64,000 nucleotides of DNA, from positions 285 through 64,284 of the forward strand of contig JAUSKM010000015.1 in NCBI GenBank assembly GCA_030646955.1, in the 5' to 3' direction. The notes under the pieces are model-generated. The model was not told where the DNA came from, did not search any database, and was given only the letters and a program-made list of their open reading frames with translations. This DNA comes from a bacterium (GTDB lineage Bacteria; Patescibacteriota; Patescibacteriia; JACPHY01). Positions 28,496-36,503 of this stretch are shown piece after piece (positions within the stretch are counted from its first letter, which is position 1; every line of letters begins with the position of its first letter). The translations under genes were made by a program, and so were the position numbers.

Positions 28496-28981
28496 TCATG
28501 CGGTATCGCTCACGGGGATCGATTCTGCTGCCACAATGACCTTCGCCGGGCGCAGGCAGCGATCGTGCAATGCGTATCCCTGCTGGGCGACGCGGACGAT
28601 GGCCCCGGGTGCTGTATCTGGATACGACTCCTGGCCCACAATCTCGTGCAGCAGGTAGTCCACCGTCACGCCCTCCTGCGCGGTTGGCGTGACGCGGTGC
28701 TCGGCGAGGAACCGCTCCAATTGACTGGCAATGGCCTCGCACTCGTGGAGGTGCGCTGCGGCCGCCTGCACCGAGTCCACAATAGGCAGGAGCGCTCGAA
28801 GCACGTCCGCGGCCGCAAACTTCGCGTGCTCCTGGCGCGCGCGCTCGTGCTGCTTCTCCGCGTTCACGAGATCCGCAAGCGCGCGTTTCCACTTTTGCTC
28901 CAGCTCCGCAATACGCGCCTGGCACGCGGTGTGGTCTGGCACTTCCGCTTGTGGCGCATCTGCTGGTTGGGTGTCACTCAT
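28496..28981 (-). CDS. grpE: Nucleotide exchange factor GrpE
   Basis: 161 aa. Coiled-coil N-terminal part and GrpE C-terminal domain. Position between hrcA and dnaK. Confidence 0.8.
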   Translation of the reverse strand: MSDTQPADAPQAEVPDHTACQARIAELEQKWKRALADLVNAEKQHERARQEHAKFAAADVLRALLPIVDSVQAAAAHLHECEAIASQLERFLAEHRVTPTAQEGVTVDYLLHEIVGQESYPDTAPGAIVRVAQQGYALHDRCLRPAKVIVAAESIPVSDTA

Positions 28982-29688
28982 ACGATTCCCATTGCCGCAT
29001 ATCGAATATCTCGAAGCAACTCGAACTGCCGATCGTACGCCATGCGCATGGGCCCCGCAATGCCGATGGTCAATCGATGTCCTTCAGGGAGTGCGAGGTG
29101 CCCCGCAACCGTGCCACACTGGCCGCCGAACGGGTTCCCGTCCCCCAGGATGGCCGCCGCATCTCCCGTGAGCTGCGCATCAATAACTGCAATGGTATTG
29201 TCGAGATCATCGAAGCCCGCCGTGAATGCGTAGAGCGTCTCGCGATCATGGAACTCCGGCTGCACGACGACGTACGAAAGTCCTGTCGCGTACGCGTCGC
29301 CGTGTGCGATCCCCACCACCACTGCCTGCCGCGCCTCGCTGGCGAGCGCGCGCGCAATCGCGTGGCCGGCAAGCCGCACGTCCGCCGCAACCTCCGCGAT
29401 GAGCCGCGCAAACCGCTCCACGCGCTCCGCCGCAATGCGCGCTGCTTGCTGTTGGATGTGCTCCACGTACAGCTCGTACGCCGCGGGCGTTGGCGCACGG
29501 CCGGCAGACGTGTGCGGCTGTACCAGATACCCCTGCGCCTCCAGCGCGGCAAGCTCTGCGCGGATGGTCGCCGGACTCGCGTCAACCCCACGCCGGGCAA
29601 TTTCGCCCGACGACACCGGCTCCGCCGCCTCGACGTATGCCGAGATGACCTCAAAGAGAATGGTTACTTGACGATTGGTGAGCGACAT
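28978..29688 (-). CDS. hrcA: Heat-inducible transcription repressor HrcA (short form)
   Basis: LTNRQVTILFEVISAYVEAAEPVSSGEIARRGVDASPATIRAELAALEAQGYL wHTH N-terminus. Overlaps the grpE start by 4 bp. CIRCE lies upstream. Confidence 0.8.
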   Translation of the reverse strand: MSLTNRQVTILFEVISAYVEAAEPVSSGEIARRGVDASPATIRAELAALEAQGYLVQPHTSAGRAPTPAAYELYVEHIQQQAARIAAERVERFARLIAEVAADVRLAGHAIARALASEARQAVVVGIAHGDAYATGLSYVVVQPEFHDRETLYAFTAGFDDLDNTIAVIDAQLTGDAAAILGDGNPFGGQCGTVAGHLALPEGHRLTIGIAGPMRMAYDRQFELLRDIRYAAMGIV

Positions 29689-29715
29689 ATCCTCTCCCTA
29701 CAGCATAAAAAAGTA

Positions 29716-29742
29716 TTGGCACTCTCGTCAAGAGAGTGCCAA
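29716..29742. promoter_or_regulatory. CIRCE operator (HrcA binding site) upstream of hrcA-grpE-dnaK
   Basis: TTGGCACTC-tcgtcaaga-GAGTGCCAA, against the consensus TTAGCACTC-N9-GAGTGCTAA. It lies 28 bp upstream of the hrcA start. Confidence 0.8.
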
Positions 29743-29778
29743 TACTCTCGGCGATTCGCTCGGTTTCCCCGGTGTATC

Positions 29779-29858
29779 CTTTGCGAGTCCGTGAGGGCGC
29801 AGCAATCTCTCTGCCTGATTGGCCGGGATTACCACGTCGCGGACTCCTCGCAATGACA
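29779..29858. repeat. MITE-like modules in hrcA promoter region
   Basis: cctttgcgagtccgtgagggcgcagcaatctc (degenerate) + ctgattggccgggattaccacgtcgcggactcctcgcaatgaca. Confidence 0.55.
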
Positions 29859-29943
29859 CAAACATACGAAATTCTACCTCTCAAAAAGAACGAGACCCGC
29901 ACTTTCGTACGGGTCTCAGGTAATACTCCTCGAAGTTTGCGGC

Positions 29944-31782
29944 TTACATCATCGACATGTCCAGGATGATCTGCACGGCATCGACGAGGCTCTTGCACGG
30001 CTTCATGTTCGGCTTCTGACGTAGGCTCCTGGTGGAGAGCACGTAGGCCGGAACCGGACCGTAGCCCTCGATCAGAACGGTCGGCTTCCCGGCCTCCAGC
30101 GCGAGAAGCACTTCGCGGAGCGTGCCTTCCTCACCGCCGAGGGTCAGAACGACGTTGCTGTCGGCGATCATCTGCTGACGCATGTCGTCCTTCTCACCCA
30201 CAAACATGACGGGCACCCCGCCGAACGAGTCTTCCGCCCTGCCCTGCATGTAGCTGGGCTGGTAGAGACGCACTTCCGGCTGGGCAACCTTGTCGCTCGC
30301 GAGAGCCGCCCTGAGGACCGCACCCGGATTTCCGCCCGGCGTTCCGGCGAAGAACGAGCAGTGGGAACTGAGGTTGTCGGCCACGAACTGCGCCGCGCCC
30401 TGCGGAAGATCGGGCTGCTTCCCGGATCCGACCACGAGCACGTTGTGACGCGCGTGATTTGCTCCGTTCGGCACGGTCGCCGGCAACGGTTCCTCGGGCA
30501 GGGCGATGAAGTCGGCGACGAGCTTCTTCCACCGCTTGCTGGACGTGATTTTCTTGAGCTTGCGCTCTATCTTCTCGCGCTTGCGCCGCTCGGTGTCCTC
30601 GGCCTTGGCCTGCTTCTGCTGCTCCTTGAACTCGGCCACTTCCTTCTCGTGTTCGGCCCTTCCCTCGGCGACCTGCTGAACGTGTTCCGCGCGCCGATTC
30701 TTCTGACGCTCAGCCCACTTCTTGTGCTGCTCTTCGATCTGGTTGTCGATGTCGGCGGCCACGTAGATGTAGCCATCGGGGACTGCAAGCAGACACCTGC
30801 GGATCGTCTCGGACGCTTTCGTGGGACGCTCCACGACCTTGGCGTAGGTACCGGGGGCGTAGTCGATGCCCATCAGTTCGGGTTTGTCCTCGAAGGTGTT
30901 GTCCGGATCGACGCCCCAGTTGACGTTGCGGTGGTGGTCGAGATCCTGGCCGTACTCGTTCGAGCCGACGATGCTCCAGCTCGAGTGACCGATCCGGTTG
31001 CGCCACGCGTCTGCATCGAAGTATTTGACCAGCACCCGGATCTGACGACCGGAATCGACCGTCGAATCCACGAAGAGGACGTGCTTGCCCCGGAGCGTTC
31101 CCTTCTTGGCGAACTCCTCGAGCTTGTCCTCGTCGAGCTGACCACCGCCCTGATCCACCTTGATGCTGAACATCTCGGTGAGACCGAGAGCGCGCCGCAG
31201 GATGATGCAGGGAAGACGACCACCGCGGTCGATGGACACGAGCACGGTCTGCTCGATGCTCACCTTATGGGAACGACGCAGATGTTTGACGACCGTCTGA
31301 TGCAGGCCGTAGTACGGAATCGCACGGGCGATGCGCTCCATCTCGCCGACCGACTCGAGCATAGCGATTGCCCGCTCGTACTCGGCGCGGCTGATGCGCT
31401 TCTTGATCTTGTCGATCCCATCGTCGGCGTCCATGATGTTGCGGTCGCGCAGGAGGGGGATCTTGAAATAGCCCTTCTTCTTGTCGTCGTCCTCGTCGAT
31501 GCCGCGCGTGTAGGCGAAGCGAAAGACCTCGTTAGCATCGTCCACGAGGCGCATGCGCTCGACGTGGCTCAAGGACTCGAAATCCTCGATCCTACTCTGC
31601 TCGAGCTTGAGGCGCGGAGTGAAGTCCTCCTTCTCGAACGTCGGCTCGACGTAGGGCGGGAGCCCGATGATCCCGTTCCGATACGCCTGCAGGAGGCTCC
31701 ACTGGATCTCCGGCATGGCCACGACGAGACGCTGAGCGAGAGACTGACGACATCCGAGAGACATGTGCATGCCGAATGACAT
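29944..31782 (-). CDS. Multidomain protein: unknown N-terminal domain + type I phosphoribosyltransferase (PRTase) domain + K/E-rich coiled coil + C-terminal LOG/SLOG-like Rossmann domain
   Basis: PRTase hood and PRPP loop: TVLVSIDRGGRLPCIILRRAL...GKHVLFVDSTVDSGRQI. Coiled coil EQHKKWAERQKNRRAEH...KAEDTERRKREKIERKLKK. LOG-like NVLVVGSGKQ...AGTPGGNPGAV...VVLTLGGEEGTLREVLLALEAGKPTVLIEG (GGxGTxxE-like). Confidence 0.6.
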   Translation of the reverse strand: MSFGMHMSLGCRQSLAQRLVVAMPEIQWSLLQAYRNGIIGLPPYVEPTFEKEDFTPRLKLEQSRIEDFESLSHVERMRLVDDANEVFRFAYTRGIDEDDDKKKGYFKIPLLRDRNIMDADDGIDKIKKRISRAEYERAIAMLESVGEMERIARAIPYYGLHQTVVKHLRRSHKVSIEQTVLVSIDRGGRLPCIILRRALGLTEMFSIKVDQGGGQLDEDKLEEFAKKGTLRGKHVLFVDSTVDSGRQIRVLVKYFDADAWRNRIGHSSWSIVGSNEYGQDLDHHRNVNWGVDPDNTFEDKPELMGIDYAPGTYAKVVERPTKASETIRRCLLAVPDGYIYVAADIDNQIEEQHKKWAERQKNRRAEHVQQVAEGRAEHEKEVAEFKEQQKQAKAEDTERRKREKIERKLKKITSSKRWKKLVADFIALPEEPLPATVPNGANHARHNVLVVGSGKQPDLPQGAAQFVADNLSSHCSFFAGTPGGNPGAVLRAALASDKVAQPEVRLYQPSYMQGRAEDSFGGVPVMFVGEKDDMRQQMIADSNVVLTLGGEEGTLREVLLALEAGKPTVLIEGYGPVPAYVLSTRSLRQKPNMKPCKSLVDAVQIILDMSMM

Positions 31783-31863
31783 GGATCACCTCTTGTGGGA
31801 CGCGTGGTTGGAATGAAAAGAACCGTACAGCCACCATGACTGTACGGGACAACGTGCTTTTTG

Positions 31864-33219
31864 TCAAGCAGGGACGCCACGCACGTTCCGGACGATTGCC
31901 AACGGCGTCTGCTCGCTGCTCTGACCCAGTGGATTGTCTCGAAATACTGCACGAATACGCGCACGATCCACGCCCTCGGACACGCCCAACACCTCGACGC
32001 CAAGATCATTAGCATCGATAATCGCAATGCCAACACCAATACGTCGCGCGAGGCGCTCCGCAACGGCATCGGGGTCCTTGGGCCCCAGGACGGCATACGC
32101 GTTGTACGGCGGGAGCGTGTACGAGCACGGCCCATCAATCGCATTCACGCTGTGCCCTGCCAAACGGTAGAAAAGCCCGGAGATACCAAATGGTTTTGTG
32201 ACGGCCGCGACGGCTGCGGCGAGCAGGATGCGCAACGTGCCGGCTTCGCGCAGCGCAAGTTCCATCGTCTCCGGCCGCGCAAGCCCGATGCCGGCAGGAT
32301 TCTTGGTGACGAACCGCACGAGCTGTGTTGCCAGCCACCGCGGACGAATCTCGTCCACGCGGTATGCACGCCCCTGTGTGATCGCCACCACGCGCTCGGA
32401 AATCGCCAGCACGTCATCCGGCCGCAGGTACTCCGTGGTGTGCTTCGTCACCAGCTCCAAGAGATCATCGTGCGGCAGCACGACGTTTGTCCTCACCGGA
32501 TAGCGCGCAAGACGCTCCTCCTGATCCCGCACGTAGCTCACCACAAGCTCCTTGCCCGCGTTTGGCACGAACGGAGGATCTGCGTCACCCGCAAAATGCG
32601 TGCGACGAACCGCGTCCAATGCCGCATCCAACAGCCGCTCGGCATCGCTGCCAAGCGAAGCAATGATGGTGCGTCCCCAGCGGCTGTACCCATAGAGCGC
32701 GCGCAGGGCGATGCGACGCCCCACCGATGGCGTCGCAGCATGATCGCGCGCGTTATCAATGATGTCCGCTGCCTTCACCATTCGAACGGCCCGCGGCGCA
32801 TCCAAAAACGCGCGTGCTTGCGACCACTTGGCATCGCGCCCTGGCGTCCAGGTGAGCCAACGCACCGCACCTGCAACCGCGTCGCCGAATGCGGTAGCGA
32901 TATCGTCTACCCGAACGCCGCAATCCTCCACCACGTCATGGAGCAGCGCGGCAGCAATCGCATCAGCATCGCGCACGCGGAATTCCTCCAACAACGATAC
33001 CGCGACCCGCATGGGATGAATGATGTACGGAATCGCCGGATTCCCTTTCCGCGTCTGTCCCGCATGCGCATCACGAGCAAAGGACAACGCCGTGCGAATA
33101 CGGTGTTGCTCTGCTTCGTTGCATGACGCAAGCGCCCGATCAAATCGAGCTTCCTGGGCAGCACAATCAACAAATTCCTTCCACGACACGGGCATACATA
33201 TTCTAGTGTAGCACGACAC
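31864..33219 (-). CDS. Fusion protein: SpoT/RelA-type HD hydrolase domain (small alarmone hydrolase-like) + CofE-like (F420-0:gamma-glutamyl ligase family) domain
   Basis: HD: RIRTALSFARDAHAGQTRKGNPAIPYIIHPMRVAVSLL...AALLHDVVEDCGV...VKAADIIDNARD. CofE-like: DVLAISERVVAITQGRAY...NAIDGPCSYT...AVLGPKDPDAVAERLARRIGVGIAIIDANDLGVEVLG...PLAIVRN. Confidence 0.6.
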   Translation of the reverse strand: MSCYTRICMPVSWKEFVDCAAQEARFDRALASCNEAEQHRIRTALSFARDAHAGQTRKGNPAIPYIIHPMRVAVSLLEEFRVRDADAIAAALLHDVVEDCGVRVDDIATAFGDAVAGAVRWLTWTPGRDAKWSQARAFLDAPRAVRMVKAADIIDNARDHAATPSVGRRIALRALYGYSRWGRTIIASLGSDAERLLDAALDAVRRTHFAGDADPPFVPNAGKELVVSYVRDQEERLARYPVRTNVVLPHDDLLELVTKHTTEYLRPDDVLAISERVVAITQGRAYRVDEIRPRWLATQLVRFVTKNPAGIGLARPETMELALREAGTLRILLAAAVAAVTKPFGISGLFYRLAGHSVNAIDGPCSYTLPPYNAYAVLGPKDPDAVAERLARRIGVGIAIIDANDLGVEVLGVSEGVDRARIRAVFRDNPLGQSSEQTPLAIVRNVRGVPA

Positions 33220-33272
33220 TGCACTTGACGAACTCCCAGAAGTCGCTACGCTGGTAATGCATACACACTGCT

Positions 33273-33344
33273 GGCCCCATCGTCTAGCGGCTAGGACGGT
33301 GCCCTCTCACGGCACAAACCCGGGTTCGATTCCCGGTGGGGTCA
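33273..33344 (+). tRNA. tRNA-Glu (anticodon CUC)
   Basis: GGCCCCATCGTCTAGCGGCTAGGACGGTGCCCTCTCACGGCACAAACCCGGGTTCGATTCCCGGTGGGGTCA forms a cloverleaf with anticodon loop CTCTCAC. Confidence 0.8.
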
Positions 33345-33346
33345 TA

Positions 33347-33386
33347 TGAAAACCGCCCTCCGATTTCGGAGGGCGGTTTTCATTAT
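33347..33386. terminator. Bidirectional rho-independent terminator (serves tRNA-Glu on + and murF on -)
   Basis: aaaaccgccctccga-tttc-ggagggcggtttt, a perfect 13-bp GC stem flanked by A- and T-tracts. Confidence 0.8.
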
Positions 33387-34708
33387 GCGGTCCACGCGCG
33401 GTCCTGGCGGCAGAGGAGTGCTGGTGCGCGGAGGGGATCGGCCATGAGCTCACGGACGATGCGCTCGAGACGGACGCCTTGGGAACCCTTGATGAGTACC
33501 ACGTCGCCGGGTGCCAGAAGATCCTGCACAAAGCGGCCCGCCTCCTGGGCGCGGGAAAATTCTAGGATGCGATCCGCGGGCATGCCCGCTGCGCGCGCGG
33601 CAGCGGCGGTCTGGCGGCTGGCGGCGCCCACACAGATCAGGTACGCAAGCGACTGCGCCGCGGCCAACCGCCCGATCCGCTCGTGCTCCTGAATCGTGAG
33701 CGTCCCCAGTTCCAACATGTCCCCAAGCACCGCGATGGCACGGCCCGGCACCGTACGCTGCTCCAGCGCGTGCAGGGCAACGGCAACCGCGAGCGGCGAT
33801 GCATTGTAGCTGTCATCCAAAAGCGCCGTCTCCTTGATGCCGGGGATGATACGCATGCGACCCGGCGCCGGTTGGTACTGCCGCAGCGCGTGCGAAATCT
33901 CCACGAGGTGCATGCCCAGTCCCAAACCCACCGCCGCCGCGGCAAGCGCCGCGTGCATGTGCCCTGCCCCCAGACACCCCGGGAGATGCACCGGCACCGT
34001 TGCGCCCCCTGCAACAATTTTGAACGTCATCCCGCCCGGAAGCACAAATCCTCCTGTCGTTCCTTGTTCCTTGTCCCTTACCCCTTGTGCTCCAGAGGTA
34101 ACTCGGTACTCGATCCCGCGTACGTCCGCATCCTCGTGCGTGCCGTACGAAATGACGCGCGCCTTCGTGCGCTCCGTCATCGCCCACACATGGATATCAT
34201 CACGGTTGAGTACTGCGATGTCATCGCGGCTGAGCACGCTGACGAGCTTGCGTTTCTCGCTCGCCACGCGGTCCACGGACTTAAAGAATTCCGTGTGCGC
34301 TGCGCCAACCGCCGTGACGACAGCAACGTGCGGACGCGCAATGCGTAGGAGGTAGCTCAAATCGCCTGGATGGTCCGCGCCATACTCCAGCACGAGCGCC
34401 TCCGGGTACCGCAACCCACGCACGGCTGCGTACCACTTCCCCCGCGCAAGCAACGCAACCCAGCGCCACGGCGACCGGCCGGGCGCCCGCCCTCCGATGA
34501 TCGCCACCGGCAACCCAATCTCGTTGTTGTAGTTCTTCGGCGCAGCGCGAACGTCCCAATCGGCGTCCAACACCGCACGGATTGCCTCACGCGCCGACGT
34601 TTTCCCCACACTGCCCGTGATACCCACGATCAGCGGTTGCTGCCGCCGCACCACTGCACGGGCGAGGAAGGCGAGGAGTGATTCCAAGAATGTACGCATA
34701 GCGATCAA
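33383..34708 (-). CDS. murF: UDP-N-acetylmuramoyl-tripeptide--D-alanyl-D-alanine ligase
   Basis: 441-aa Mur ligase: P-loop GITGSVGKTS, DDSYNASP, C-terminal domain. Confidence 0.85.
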   Translation of the reverse strand: MIAMRTFLESLLAFLARAVVRRQQPLIVGITGSVGKTSAREAIRAVLDADWDVRAAPKNYNNEIGLPVAIIGGRAPGRSPWRWVALLARGKWYAAVRGLRYPEALVLEYGADHPGDLSYLLRIARPHVAVVTAVGAAHTEFFKSVDRVASEKRKLVSVLSRDDIAVLNRDDIHVWAMTERTKARVISYGTHEDADVRGIEYRVTSGAQGVRDKEQGTTGGFVLPGGMTFKIVAGGATVPVHLPGCLGAGHMHAALAAAAVGLGLGMHLVEISHALRQYQPAPGRMRIIPGIKETALLDDSYNASPLAVAVALHALEQRTVPGRAIAVLGDMLELGTLTIQEHERIGRLAAAQSLAYLICVGAASRQTAAAARAAGMPADRILEFSRAQEAGRFVQDLLAPGDVVLIKGSQGVRLERIVRELMADPLRAPALLCRQDRAWTA

Positions 34709-34714
34709 CGCACG

Positions 34715-36481
34715 TTACTCCACCCGCGGCGGAACGCCGTCATACTGGACGATATACGCTGCGAGGTCGCCGAACAAGGGGGCGGCAGTGGAATCCGCAA
34801 AGAGCCGCTGTGCACGGTCAATGCGAACAACCATGGAAAAGGTTGGCCGATCCACCGGTCCGATTCCTACGAACGTATGGATCGTGTCATCTGAATAGCC
34901 CGGTCGATCACGGTACGGAATCTGCGCCGTGCCGGTTTTCCCGCCAATGAGGTACCCGCGCACCCCCGCGCTCTTGGCGTACCCGTCTCGCACCACGCTC
35001 ACCAGCATGCCCTGGAGTATCACCGCTGCGCGTTGACTCACCGCGCGATGCACAATGCGCGGCGCAAAGGTTTTGCGTGTGCCATCCGGCGCCACAACCG
35101 CCTCCACGATGCGCGGCTCCATGAGGTTCCCGCCGTTTGCGATTGCTGCGTACGCTACGGCAAGCTGAAGCTGCGTGGCGGTAATGCCCTGCCCAAACGA
35201 CGCGGTGGCGAGATAGATGTCGCCGCGCTGCACGAGGTTCGCAATGTTCCCGGGCGACTCCGCATCGAGCGCGATCCCCGTCCGCGCACCAAACCCAAAC
35301 CGCTCGATGGCCTCGCGGAACCGATCACGCCCCAGCTGCATCGCCGCGTACACGGTTCCCGTATTAATCGAAAATCGAAGCACGTCCGTCATCGTCGAAC
35401 GCCCGTAGACCTTATGGAGCGAGTTTGTGATGGTGTGATTATTCAACGTGACGCTGCCGGTGTCCGTAAACTCTGTATTTGGCCCTACCGCATCCGCTTC
35501 GATTGCCGCAGCCATGGTGACGGCCTTGAACACCGAGCCGGGCTCGTATGCGTCCGATACGGCTGGGGTCTGGTACACGCCGATATCCTCCACATCGCCA
35601 TACCGATTGGGATCGAACGCCGGCACGGCGCACATTGCACGCACGGCACCGGTCACGGGATGGAGGATGACAATAGATCCGCTGGCCGCGCCGTGTTTTG
35701 TAACCGCATCCTCCAGCCGGCGGCACACTTCCAGTTGGAGCTCCCGTTCAATAGTAAGGTACACGTCCGACCCATGTTCCGCCTGGCGGCCATCGCGTTT
35801 CCCAAACACGATGAGGCGACCGGCGGCATCGCGCTCCCCCTCCAGGAATCCCGAGGTGCCGGCGAGCACGTCTTCGAACGCGCCCTCGACGCCGTACCGT
35901 CCCGCGATGCGCGAATCCTCGTCTGCGCCAACGAAACCCGTAAGGTGCGCCATGCGCGTCCCATCGGGATAGAAGCGCGCGATCGTGGGCTGCGTATGGA
36001 TGCCGGGCAGCGCGAGCGCGAGCACCGAATCGCGCAGCTCCGCAGATGCATCGCGCGTGACGGGCTCGTAGGGGTCATTGGGTTTGCTCAGACGCTCCGC
36101 AAGCGCAACCTCTGCCGCCTCGTCCAACTGCAGCAGTGGCGCCAGGAGCCCTGCGGCGCGCTTGGGCTGTGCGATCTCCGTCGGCACCGCGTAGACGGTG
36201 TACGTTCGCTGATTCGTCGCCACCGGGAAGTACCCGTCACTCGCCTGCCGATCGTGTACAAAAATTTCACCACGCTCCGCCGTGAGCTGCCGGAACACCT
36301 CGTGCTGCCCGGCCGCAAGCCCCGTGTACCACTCGTGGTCGCGCACCTGCACAATCCAGAGCCGCACGACCACCACCGCCCACAGCAACACGAACACGCC
36401 CGCGACCACCACGAGGCGCGGATCCCGGCCGCCGCGCGGACGCGCCGCAGCCCGCCCCGCCCCCCATCCATTCCGCATCAT
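34715..36481 (-). CDS. ftsI: Penicillin-binding protein 2/3 transpeptidase (FtsI-type)
   Basis: N-terminal TM segment and dimerisation domain. SxxK (GSVFK), SxN and KTGT(A) motifs. Start chosen at MMRNGW (the track ORF extends to 36577) to avoid overlap with the upstream gene. Confidence 0.8.
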   Translation of the reverse strand: MMRNGWGAGRAAARPRGGRDPRLVVVAGVFVLLWAVVVVRLWIVQVRDHEWYTGLAAGQHEVFRQLTAERGEIFVHDRQASDGYFPVATNQRTYTVYAVPTEIAQPKRAAGLLAPLLQLDEAAEVALAERLSKPNDPYEPVTRDASAELRDSVLALALPGIHTQPTIARFYPDGTRMAHLTGFVGADEDSRIAGRYGVEGAFEDVLAGTSGFLEGERDAAGRLIVFGKRDGRQAEHGSDVYLTIERELQLEVCRRLEDAVTKHGAASGSIVILHPVTGAVRAMCAVPAFDPNRYGDVEDIGVYQTPAVSDAYEPGSVFKAVTMAAAIEADAVGPNTEFTDTGSVTLNNHTITNSLHKVYGRSTMTDVLRFSINTGTVYAAMQLGRDRFREAIERFGFGARTGIALDAESPGNIANLVQRGDIYLATASFGQGITATQLQLAVAYAAIANGGNLMEPRIVEAVVAPDGTRKTFAPRIVHRAVSQRAAVILQGMLVSVVRDGYAKSAGVRGYLIGGKTGTAQIPYRDRPGYSDDTIHTFVGIGPVDRPTFSMVVRIDRAQRLFADSTAAPLFGDLAAYIVQYDGVPPRVE

Positions 36482-36503
36482 GCGCGCGGCTGCCATAGGT
36501 TCT

